A stretch of DNA of 64,000 nucleotides from Botryllus schlosseri (lineage: Eukaryota). The translations under genes were made by a program, and so were the position numbers. Each line of letters begins with the position of its first letter. Position 1 is the first letter of the stretch. Positions 1 to 11,225 of this stretch are shown here, one piece after another. Where the stretch lies: NCBI GenBank assembly GCA_051294905.1, contig CM119372.1:2296001-2360000 (forward strand), given 5' to 3'. The notes below the pieces were generated by a model, which did no database searches, was not told the origin of the DNA, and saw only the letters and a list, made by a program, of their open reading frames with translations.

Positions 1-331
1 CATGGTCGGTGGGCCTAACCAAGTTGAAAGAAATACTTCACATCATTTTTTCCTACTGAACACTACTTCCTGAAGTCAGACTTGGAGAACTCGGCAATTC
101 TAATTGCATAATTAGAGAGATATGCCTGTATTTTAATTTGTGAAATGTTTCTATGATCTCATTTTTACTATTTGGCTGTTCTGTGCTATTAAAGAAAGCT
201 CCTTTGATCTGCGTGTGTGATCAGGATTGCAAGAGTACTCAGAGCGGTCATTAGTCAGCCAACTAGTGCGTACAACGGGAACTGTAGCTGTAGCGTCGAC
301 TCCAATCAAGCCATTTACCAGCGTGTCTTGC

Positions 332-617
332 AACACTGTTGCCCTACCTTGCCCAGACATTGCTTCATTGATCATTTGCTACCATCGTTTAATTTTTCTT
401 CTATTTTCCTTTTTTAACTTCACATTTTTTAAAGCCAGACTGTTCAGAGTCAAGTGTACCTGTTTGATGCTGGTGTGATCAGACTAGATGACCTTCACGG
501 TCTTATCGATCATTCCTATCTAATACCGAATACTGTGCATGCATATTTTCTGTACCACCCTCACTGCAGTTTGTTATGTATTTTGGTTGGATGAAAATAA
601 AGACTCTCTCTCTCTCT
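332..617 (+). mobile_element. 5'-truncated 3' end of a CR1/L2-type LINE (same family as 41355-42133 and 18937-19660)
   Basis: Near-identical to 41846-42133; ends AATAAAGA(CT)n. Confidence 0.8.
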
Positions 618-1254
618 GGTTTTCCTGCAAATGCTACTGAGAACTACACAGTGCACAGTGCGAAACGAACAATCTTGGTGTACAGACATTTGCTATGCTC
701 ATGAGAATGAACTTTGTTTTGATATGAACTGTACTTGATTCAATTTCTCAGGTTTTCGCGAATTCAGCAAGTCTAATTCTAATTTGAAAAAAACTGTGTA
801 GGTAGCTATAATTCAAATCTAAATACGGTGGATGTTTCAGGCAAAATTAGGCCTGGAATACCCATTTTATGTGCTTGTAAGTTGCTATTTCTACCTAATT
901 AGGAATTTACAAAGTTACTTCTACTCGAGTACCAGCCATGACTTTGGACCACCTTTGGTGGAAACTGGGGCATAAGCCGCACATTATAACTGCCATAGAG
1001 TTGAAGGGTAGAGTATCGAAACATCAGGGATGGGATTTAGGGCAAGGTTGGAGTTGAGGTATCATAATATTAAGGTTGGGAGTAAGAGCAATGGATACAC
1101 CACACCACAACTCTAAGTCAATTATAAACGGCATGAATTTGAACATATTCATGGGGAGCCCTGATTTGTGCTGGTCATGTTGTTGTGGATAAGAAAAACA
1201 CTAGACGTAGACTTGATATGATAAATACTATTATTGAAATGGATCATAAATTAC

Positions 1255-1479
1255 TTGTAAAGGGTATGGGCGATTAAATGGCCAAACTGCATCAGCAATT
1301 GACTTACCATAGCCAAATCCTACTTCAAGTACATGATCACTTTCTTGAGCTTTCAGTTTCAGGAAAGTCTCTTGCGTCAAGGGAGCATTTCTCTTCAGAA
1401 ATATCCTTGTCAGATACCCCCAAAATCCGGTAGAAGGCTTCCTCAGATGAGGAGAGATATATTTTGCGAATCTAGACAT
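1255..1479 (-). CDS. First coding exon of a class I SAM-dependent methyltransferase; remaining exons not found, probably left of the window
   Basis: MSRFAKYISPHLRKPSTGFWG...RNAPL...DHVLEVGFGYG contains SAM-binding motif I (ExGxGxG). Donor uncertain (exon end 1288 or 1255). Confidence 0.75.
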
Positions 1480-2260
1480 TTGTCAGCTCCGTGGAGATCT
1501 GCGTGTGGGTTTACAGCCTAAGATGCATATGTAGGGATGCTGCAAAACCCACAAAACGGCTGCTGTAGTACCTCAAACATGCTCTGGAAACTATTGTAAA
1601 ACTGAGGCTGGACAAGCTGTCCAGGTAATGCAGTGTCGCTGCACGATCTTTGAAGTTAACAATTTACCATGAATAACATCAATTCATGTAATCTTAATAC
1701 GTTATATATGTCTTACTATGCTGTGCATTGCGCAAGTGCGCAGGGGCAATAATGTTGCAACCACCAAAGTCATAGTTGAGTGACTTTGGCAACCACTCGC
1801 AATACCACTGTGATTCTATTAGAATTTTTGGCGAAAATCGGTGATCGGGTGAATCATGTAAATATACTCGGGTGTCATTACGTTTTGTGCTTTGGAAATT
1901 ACATAGGCATATTCATGAGCCTCTTGCCATACTATTTCTTGGTCATGTATTCAATGACAAATGCACGTAAACGACTGTTTTCGGGTGTAATTCCAGATAT
2001 AATGACGAAAGAACAATTTTAAGAAGACGAATAAATGCCAACCACACAGCCGTTTGACTGAATATTTTGCAAAGAAATCGTCAGAAATGTATCGATGATA
2101 ACGCTCAACAGACCATGTCTATCGACAATCCTTGGGTATAAATAATTAAATATATTTCGAAGAGTGCGGGAATGGTTTGACACCGGCGGCTGCTACGAAG
2201 AATCATCATTTTCTCGAATATATGATCACGACGAATAGCAGAACACTTTTTTAAAAGATT

Positions 2261-4477
2261 TAGGCTCCGGACTCTACATATATCTCATCAGAATCGAATT
2301 GAAATCGGACATTTTCGAAATTTCGGTAATCCGGACACAATTATGGCCCCAGTTCGACCCTTGGGACGTCGACTTGAATAATAATTTTGGTCTCGATAGA
2401 AGTGGCCAGACTAGTAGAGTTCATTTCAAAACGAATTAGGCTTCGGACTCTACATATATCTCATTAGAATCGAATTGAAATCGGACATTTTCGAAATTTC
2501 GGTAATCCGGACACAATTATGGCCCCAGTTCGACCCTTGGGACGTCGACTTGAATAATAATTTTGGTCTCGATAGAAGCGGCCGGACTAGTAGAATCCAT
2601 TTCAAAAAGAATTAGGCTTCGGACTCTACATATATCTCAATAGAATCGAATTGAAATCGGACATTTTCGAAATTTCGGTAATCCGGACACAATTATGGTC
2701 CCAGTTCGACCCTTGGGACGTCGACTTGAATAATAATTTTGGTCTCGATAGAAGTGGCCAGACTAGTAGAGTTCATTTCAAAACGAATTAGGCTTCGGAC
2801 TCTACATATATCTCATTAGAATCGAATTGAAATCGGACATTTTCGAAATTTCGGTAATCCGGACACAATTATGGCCCCAGTTCGATCCTTAGGACGTCGA
2901 CTTGAATACTAATTTTGGTCTCGATAGAAGCGGCCAGACTGGTAAAATACATTTCAAAAAGAAATAGGCTTCGGACTCTACATATATCTTATTAGAATCG
3001 AATTGAAATCGGACATTTTCGAAATTCTGATAATCCGGACACAATTATGGCCCCAGTTCGACCCTTGGGACGTCGACTTGAATAATCAATTTGGTTTCGA
3101 TAGAAGCGGCCAGACTAGTAGAATCCATTTCAAAAAGAATTAGGCTTCGGACTCTACATATATCTGAATAGAATCGAATTGAAATCGGACATTTTCGAAA
3201 TTTCGGTAATCCGGACACAATTATGGTCCCAGTTCGACCCTTGGGACGTCGACTTGAATAATCAATTTGGTCTCGATGAAAGCGGCCAAACTAGTAGAAT
3301 CCATTTCAAAAAGAATTAGGCTTCGGACTCTACATATATCTCATTAGAATCGAATTGAAATAGGACATTTTCGAAATTCTGATAATCCGGACACAATTAT
3401 GGCCCCAGTTCGATCCTTAGGACGTCGACTTGAATACTAATTTTGGTCTCGATAGAAGCGGCCAGACTGGTAAAATACATTTCAAAAAGAAATAGGCTTC
3501 GGACTCTACATATATCTTATTAGAATCGAATTGAAATCGGACATTTTCAAAATTCTGATAATCCGGACACAATTATGGCCCCCGTTCGACCCTTGAGACG
3601 TCGACTTGAATAACAATTTTGGTTTCGATAGAAGCGGCCAGACTAGTAGAATCCATTTCAAAAAGAATTAGGCTTCGGACTCTACATATATCTGAATAGA
3701 ATCGAATTGAAATCGGACATTTTCGAAATTTCGGTAATCCGGACACAATTATGGTCCCAGTTCGACCCTTGAGACGTCGACTTGAATAACAATTTTGGTT
3801 TCGATAGAAGCGGCCAGACTAGTAGAATCCATTTCAAAAAGAATTAGGCTTCGGACTCTACATATATCTGAATAGAATCGAATTGAAATCGGACATTTTT
3901 AAAATTTCGGTAATTCGGACACAATTATGGCCCCAGTTCGACCCTTGGGACGTCGACTTGAATATTAATTTTGGTCTCGATAGAAGCGGCCAGGCTATTA
4001 GAATCTATTTCAAGGAGAATTAGGCTTTGGACTCTACATATATCTCATTAGAATCGAATTGGAATAGGACATTTTCGAAATTCTGATAATCCGGACACAA
4101 TAATGGCCCCAGTTCGGCCCTTGGGACGTCGACTTGAATAATAATTTTGGTCTCGATAGAAGCGGCATGACTGGTAGAATTCATTTCAAAACGAATTAGG
4201 CTTCGGACTTTACATATATCTCATTAGAATCGAATTGAAATAGGACATTCTCGAAATTCTGATAATCCGGACACAATTATGGCCCCAGTTCGACTCTTGG
4301 GACGTCGACTTGAATAATAATTTTGGTCTCAATAGAAGCGGCCAAACTAGTAGAATCCATTTCAAAAAGAATTAGGCTTCGGACTCTACACATATTTTTC
4401 AATAGAATCGAATTGAAATTGGACATTTTCGAAATTTCGATAATCCGGACACAATTATGGACCCGTTTGATTCTTGG
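2261..4477 (+). repeat. 176-bp tandem satellite array, ~12.6 copies (left arm)
   Basis: Unit starts (tagg) recur at 2261, 2437, 2613, 2789 ... 4021, 4197, 4373. Confidence 0.97.
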
Positions 4478-4711
4478 GTTTGAATTGTATAAGTTATCTA
4501 TGGCTCTACTCTATCCTTTTATTCAACGTATATATGTAAGTACACAGCTGATAAGCCTGAAAGAATGAACAATGCCTTCTCCAATGATACAGACCAATAA
4601 AAGAACACTGTAGCAAGTCCGATTTTGTAACTTTTTTCGCAATGTAGGAATGTACAAGATGATGATAACAAGTACGGGAAAGCACATTCAAAATTGTGGC
4701 TGTTCTATTAA

Positions 4712-5296
4712 TCAAATTATTATCATAGATGAGTAACATCCTAGGAGTTCTTCAGCGTCTTTGTAATTGAGTTTTTTTTTTAACATGGTTAGTTTGATTA
4801 TAATTTCAATCAAAATTACAAGTTCAAAATATGAATGGACTTTGAAATCTGGTTTCAAAAATTTCATAATATCACAGTTTTCTGCAATAACGCCAGGGTT
4901 GATTACTTCAATTGTTAATTCCCCTGGTCGAGAAAGTATTCTGCCGGATGCATTTGAATTATTCGCAAACGTCCTCAGTAAGCAAAGTTTCGACTTGACG
5001 TACTTCCACACCGAGAATACGTCATTGTATTCCCAAATCGAATTTGTAAAGCCATGCATTTTCAACCTGTCATGATTTTTTGATAGCAGAAAAAGCTGGT
5101 GTCGATGAAGGTGTTGCTGCTCTTGATTTGAATTGCTTAGCGAGCTTACGGAAATGCTCCTTATGTGTTCAAATATTTCTTCGATTTGTTCCGCCGACAA
5201 AATTTCCGGGATCGGTGCTTGAAATGTCTTGAAAATCGGTACTCTCTCGTATATAACCGGTGATGAAGATTCCGGCAATTTGCGGCGCTTTCCCAT
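4712..5296 (-). CDS. Orphan 194-aa ORF in the foldback loop
   Basis: ATG-initiated open frame in AT-rich DNA with basic N-terminus MGKRRK; no recognised domain. Confidence 0.4.
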   Translation of the reverse strand: MGKRRKLPESSSPVIYERVPIFKTFQAPIPEILSAEQIEEIFEHIRSISVSSLSNSNQEQQHLHRHQLFLLSKNHDRLKMHGFTNSIWEYNDVFSVWKYVKSKLCLLRTFANNSNASGRILSRPGELTIEVINPGVIAENCDIMKFLKPDFKVHSYFELVILIEIIIKLTMLKKKLNYKDAEELLGCYSSMIII

Positions 5297-5590
5297 AGAA
5301 ATTTTGTCTTGGTGCGTGATTACATCGTCATCCTCGGAGCTCTATTCGATCAGCAGATGCGGTCTTTTAAGATCGTTTCTGAAATAATTAAAACGTTTAC
5401 TGATGTGATATTTAAAAAAATGTATAAATTTCTTGCTCTGTCGTCTAATTATATTGTATCCTATAAGACAGTGAAAATAGAAAAGATTGTAGAGAGCTAC
5501 AGTTACGGAATTAATTGAACTCGCACTTAAACTTTTCTTTTTCGATTAGAATATGCTACATAGTATTCAATAGGGAGGGTGTGAACATAG

Positions 5591-6149
5591 AAGGGTTATA
5601 ACCAAGTCACAATTCAATCTCACTTTTATAGTTTTGACTCGAGTAAAGTCGAGTCATTTTTAATTCACCACCGAGTCAAGTCCGAGTCTAATTCAGCGAG
5701 CAGTGGGTCGAGTACGAGTCGTGGTATTATGACTCGAGTGCGAGTTCAAATCATTGCGTTTACTGCTCACTGCTCAGTTTCGAATTAACGTCTTGATGAA
5801 AACCACTTATTATAACTCTGTTCGGTGATATCGAATAGTTCGCACTAAAGATATACAAATTTCATCACTTTCAACAGTTTCTGGTCGCATTTTCAAGTAC
5901 CAGTACGAATAGGCGAAATACCAACAGTGTGGTCACTTTGCTATTCTTTTAAATAACAATGAAATGTTGGCCTTGACCGTTGGAATTCGATTCATATGAC
6001 TATTGACTTGGTGCGAGTCATGAGCAATGACTCGAGTCCAAGTCGAGTCAATACACAGATTAACTTGACTCGAGTTGAGTCATTTTCGCATTTTGATAAA
6101 AGCCAAGTCGAGTCATCCAAAAATCATGACTCGAGTCATTGCAACCCTG
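5591..6149 (+). mobile_element. hAT-derived MITE (GACTCGAGTC family) nested in the foldback loop
   Basis: Ends AAGGGTTATAACC...GCAACCCTG; TSD gaacatag/gaccatag (7/8 match). Confidence 0.85.
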
Positions 6150-6437
6150 GACCATAGTGTGGTGTTGCCACAGCGCTATTGAACGGCTTACTGCATTTAG
6201 TTTACGACACACTTTCCATTTGTCCAAAGGCAATTCAGTAGCCTCGCCCTACAGGAACTTTTCCGCAAACTAAGAACACCAACTAAATGTCTTCATGCAA
6301 GTAATCAGAGGTGTGCACCTAGCAAGATAGCTGCGGATACCAATTTTCGAGTCTTTGGTGTGACCCGGCCGGGGATCGAACCTACGTCCTACCGATCGAC
6401 AGGCCGGACGGACGTATCACCATTGCACTATCTCTCC
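6150..6437 (-). mobile_element. tRNA-derived SINE (body resembles the Meta-type central domain)
   Basis: Minus strand: A box TAGTGCAATGG, B box GGTTCGATCCC, then GGGTCACACCAAAGACT..AAAATTGGTA; 3' boundary approximate; Meta assignment from memory. Confidence 0.7.
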
Positions 6438-6512
6438 AGCAGAAGTTTAAGTAATATCTTAAATTTCTACCCAATTAGAGGTAGGAATCGATATCCAAGA
6501 ACGTGAGAGGTC

Positions 6513-7257
6513 TTAAAAGCATTCAAGTAAGTAGTTTCAAAAAGTAGATTTGGTCGAGGCGTCATATGATCTTGGTATTCGATCAGAGGTGACAGTTCTC
6601 AAAACTGAAAGATGCATCATCGCAGACAATGCAAAATGATAAATCAGTTGCTCTGAGTTTGAATTGAATTGATGTAACTATCAAAATTCATACCGTCAGC
6701 ACCAGGACTCCACAGTTAAAAGTGTCGGTTTGGGCATCGTGTGGAAAGCATTTTACGGTCCAATCCGCGGAATTCGCGGGCTCGGGCTTGTGATAACTCC
6801 AGTACCCTCTAATTTTCGATAAACCAAGCAATGAAATTACTTCTTCAATTTTACCTTCTCAATAATCTCACCGCCAGTGTTGCAACAAAGTTTTTGCGTA
6901 GACCTCTTCATTGCCAAGGGAATCGTAAACATAAAGAATCTTTGCTTCTATGTCGTTGGCCTCAACAAAAACGCAAAGCGAGGTTTTATGGCTGCTAAAC
7001 AGCATGCAGCCAAAATTATATCAAGAAAATTGATTACCATAAAAATCCAATGATTACCAAGGTCAATAGATGCTACGATTGATTTTTCAAGTGGGTTCTG
7101 CATCTAAACATACTACGCATTACGGCCCATTCCAAATAATGCCATGAGGAATGCGATGATGCGGTACCTTTTTGGTGTGTGACTTTCCGTGGAAAAGACC
7201 CTGGTACCACCATTGTGTCGAAAGCTGACAAGAAACGAAGTTATCGGGTTTCTCATT
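6513..7257 (-). pseudogene. Spliced Ulp1/SENP-like cysteine protease (peptidase C48) gene remnant
   Basis: GT-AG exons 7257(or 7224)-7168, 7103-7038, 6960-6872, 6808-6694 join in frame: ...SIDLGNHWIFM-ANDIEAKILYVYDSLGNEE...FPHDAQTDTFNCGVLVLT (His, Asp, Gln, Cys). Next exon 6604-6513 appears disrupted; no start exon found. Confidence 0.85.
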
Positions 7258-7344
7258 CTAACGCGAATTGAACGGCATTGATATTTCACAATACTTTAAC
7301 ATAATTAGCGAACAATAATAATGTTACCTTTATACACACAAAAA

Positions 7345-7682
7345 TGATAAATTTTTCCCGACTTTGTGGTTGGTTGACTTAAAGAAAGGTCATTTTCCGA
7401 CTTGGCTCTAGAAATTCACGCTTTTGCTGAATTCTTCGTAGATTGACTAAAATAGACAAAAATGTCGACTTTCCAGCTCAGCTCCCGGAATGTCCTCCGG
7501 AACGTTACTCCGGTGCTGATTTACTGTACCTCAGTCGAATTTCACCCTATATATTTAACCATAATTCGCAAACAAATAGGACAAAATCTAAAAAAAACAG
7601 AAATTTGAGCGTCCTCCGGGGACACTTTCAAAATAGTCAAAAAATAGGACAAATCCTCTTTAAAGGAGGTAATGTAACCCTA
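7345..7682. mobile_element. Partial hAT-like MITE (TAGGGTTACC-ended family; related copies 15221-16223, 22660-22940)
   Basis: Shared aggacaaatcc and ggacactttc motifs and terminal gtaacccta; left boundary approximate. Confidence 0.55.
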
Positions 7683-7759
7683 ACATTACTACAGATTACT
7701 TCTGCACAAAAGTTAGCTGTACAATATCAGCTGCTCGTCAACAGAGTGCTGGACGAACA

Positions 7760-10700
7760 GACGCCCCGGGTCAAGCGGGGCCCAATTTGTAATTCGGGTA
7801 CCCAAATTTCGGAAATGCCCAATTTCAATTCCATTCTAATGAGATATATGTAGAGTCCGAAGCCTAATTCTTTTTGAAATGGATTTTAATAGTCTGGCCG
7901 CTTCTATCGAGACCAAAATTATTATTCAAGTCGACGTCCCAAGGGTCGAACTGGGGCCATAATTGTGTCCGGATAATCAGAATTTCGAAAATGTCCGATT
8001 TCAATTCGATTCTATTGAGAGATATGTAGAGTCCGAAGCCTAATTCTTTTTGAAATGGATTCTACTAGTCTGGCCGCTTCTATCGAGACCAAATTAATTA
8101 TTCAAGTCGACGTCCCAAGGGTCGAACTGGGGCCATAATTGTGTCCGGATTATCAGAATTTCGAAAATGTCCTATTTCAATTCGATTCTAATGAGATATA
8201 TGTAGAGTCCGAAGCCTAATTCGTTTTGAAATGAATTCTACTTGTCTGGCCGCTTCTATCGAGACCAAAATTATTATTCAAGTCGACGTCCCAAGGGTCG
8301 AACTGGGGCCATAATTGTGTCCGGATAATCAGAATTTCGAAAATGTCCGATTTCAATTCGATTCTATTGAGAGATATGTAGAGTCCGAAGCCTAATTCTT
8401 TTTGAAATGGATTCTACTAGTCTGGCCGCTTCTATCGAGACCAAATTGATTATTCAAGTCGACGTCCCAAGGGTCGAACTGGGGCCATAATTGTGTCCGG
8501 AATACCGAAATTTCGAAAATGTCCGATTTCAATTCGATTCTAATGAGATATATGTAAAGTCCGAAGCCTAATTCGTTTTGAAATGAATTTTACTAGTCTG
8601 GCCGCTTCTATCGAGACCAAAATTAGTATTCAAGTCGACGTCCCAAGGGTCGAACTGGGGCCATAATTGTGTCCGGAATACCGAAATTTCGAAAATGTCC
8701 GATTTCAATTCGATTCTAATGATATATATGTAAAGTCCGAAGCCTAACTCGTTTTGAAATGAATTCTACTAGTCTGGCCGCTTCTATCGAAACCAAATTG
8801 ATTATTCAAGTCGACGTCCCAAGGGTCGAACTGGGGCCATAATTGTGTCCGGAATACCGAAATTTCGAAAATGTCCGATTTCAATTCGATTCTAATGATA
8901 TATATGTAAAGTCCGAAGCCTAACTCGTTTTGAAATGAATTCTACTAGTCTGGCCGCTTCTATCGAAACCAAATTGATTATTCAAGTCGACGTCCCAAGG
9001 GTCGAACTGGGGCCATAATTGTGTCCGGAATACCGAAATTTCGAAAATGTCCGATTTCAATTCGATTCTATTGAGAGATATGTAGAGTCCGAAGCCTAAC
9101 TCGTTTTGAAATGAATTCTACTAGTCTGGCCGCTTCTATCGAAACCAAATTGATTATTCAAGTCGACGTCCCAAGGGTCGAACTGGGGCCATAATTGTGT
9201 CCGGAATACCGAAATTTCGAAAATGTCCGATTTCAATTCGATTCTAATGAGATATATGTAAAGTCCGAAGCCTAATTCGTTTTGAAATGAATTTTACTAG
9301 TCTGGCCGCTTCTATCGAGACCAAAATTATTATTCAAGTCGACGTCCCAAGGGTCAAACTGGGGCCATAATTGTGTCCGGATAATCAGAATTTCGAAAAT
9401 GTCCGATTTCAATTCCATTCTATTGAGATATATGTAGAGTCCGAAGCCTAATTCTTTTTGAAATGGATTCTACTAGTCTGGCCGCTTCTATCGAAACCAA
9501 ATTAATTATTCAAGTCGACGTCCCAAGGGTCGAACTGGGGCCATAATTGTGTCCGGATTATCAGAATTTCGAAAATGTCCTATTTCAATTCGATTCTAAT
9601 GAGATATATGTAGAGTCCGAAGCCTAATTCGTTTTGAAATGAATTCTACTAGTCTGGCCGCTTCTATCGAGACCAAATTAATTATTCAAGTCGACGTCCC
9701 AAGGGTCGAACTGGGGCCATAATTGTGTCCGGATTATCAGAATTTCGAAAATGTCCGATTTCAATTCGATTCTATTGAGAGATATGTAGAGTCCGAAGCC
9801 TAATTCTTTTTGAAATGGATTCTACTAGTCTGGCCGCTTCTATCGAGACCAAATTAATTATTCAAGTCGACGTCCCAAGGGTCGAACTGGGGCCATAATT
9901 GTGTCCGGATTATCAGAATTTCGAAAATGTCCTATTTCAATTCGATTCTAATGAGATATATGTAGAGTCCGAAGCCTAATTCGTTTTGAAATGAATTCTA
10001 CTTGTCTGGCCGCTTCTATCGAGACCAAAATTATTATTCAAGTCGACGTCCCAAGGGTCGAACTGGGGCCATAATTGTGTCCGGATAATCAGAATTTCGA
10101 AAATGTCCGATTTCAATTCGATTCTATTGAGAGATATGTAGAGTCCGAAGCCTAATTCTTTTTGAAATGGATTCTACTAGTCTGGCCGCTTCTATCGAGA
10201 CCAAATTAATTATTCAAGTCGACGTCCCAAGGGTCGAACTGGGGCCATAATTGTGTCCGGATTATCAGAATTTCGAAAATGTCCTATTTCAATTCGATTC
10301 TAATGAGATATATGTAGAGTCCGAAGCCTAATTCGTTTTGAAATGAATTCTACTTGTCTGGCCGCTTCTATCGAGACCAAAATTATTATTCAAGTCGACG
10401 TCCCAAGGGTCGAACTGGGGCCATAATTGTGTCCGGAATACCGAAATTTCGAAAATGTCCGATTTCAATTCGATTCTAATGAGATATATGTAAAGTCCGA
10501 AGCCTAATTCGTTTTGAAATAAATTCTACTTGTCTGGCCGCTTCTATCGAGACCAAAATTATTATTCAAGTCGACGTCCCAAGGGTCGAACTGGGGCCAT
10601 AATTGTGTCCGGAATACCGAAATTTCGAAAATGTCCGATTTCAATTCGATTCTAATAAGATATATGTAAAGTCCGAAGCCTAATTCGCTTTGAAATGAAT

Positions 10701-11225
10701 TCTACTAGTCTGGCCGCTTCTATCGAGACCAAATTTATTATTCAAGTCGACGTCTCAAGGGTCGAACTGGGGCCATAATTGTGTCCGGATTACCGAAATT
10801 TCGAAAATGTCCGATTTCAATTCGATTCTAATGAGATATATGTAAAGTCCGAAGCCTAATTCGTTTTGAAATGAATTCTACTAGTCTGGCCGCTTCTATC
10901 GAGACCAAAATTATTATTCAAGTCGACGTCCCAAGGGTCGAACTGGGGCCATAATTGTGTCTGGATTACCGAAATTTCGAAAATGTCCGATTTCAATTCG
11001 ATTCTAATGAGATATATGTAAAGTCCGAAGCCTAATTCGTTTTGAAATGAATTCTACTAGTCTGGCCGCTTCTATCGAGACCAAAATTATTATTCAAGTC
11101 GACGTCCCAAGGGTCGAACTGGGGCCATAATTGTGTCCGGATTACCGAAATTTCGAAAATGTCCGATTTCAATTCGATTCTGATGAGATATATGTAGAGA
11201 TATGTAGAGATATATGTAGAGCCTA
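7760..11225 (-). repeat. 176-bp tandem satellite array, ~19.6 copies (right arm, inverted relative to left)
   Basis: ccta recurs at 7863, 8039 ... 11031 (176-bp period); sequence is the reverse complement of the left-arm unit. Confidence 0.97.

Noticed and set aside
1806..1812. CACTGTG/CACAGTG (RSS heptamer-like) at both ends of the foldback element, suggesting Transib/ProtoRAG
   Set aside because: The heptamer lies 2 nt inside the true termini, the TSD is 8 bp rather than 5 bp, and no correctly oriented nonamer or RAG-like coding sequence is visible
1780..2022. 80-aa ORF and its mirror at 11456-11668
   Set aside because: Duplicated only because they lie in the TIRs; non-ATG starts and no recognisable motif
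2261..4477. Regular repeats as a CRISPR array
   Set aside because: Contiguous 176-bp monomers with no unique spacers, no cas genes, eukaryotic context
6365..6437. tRNA gene
   Set aside because: A and B boxes are present but there is no convincing cloverleaf or poly-T terminator, and the sequence continues into a SINE-type body
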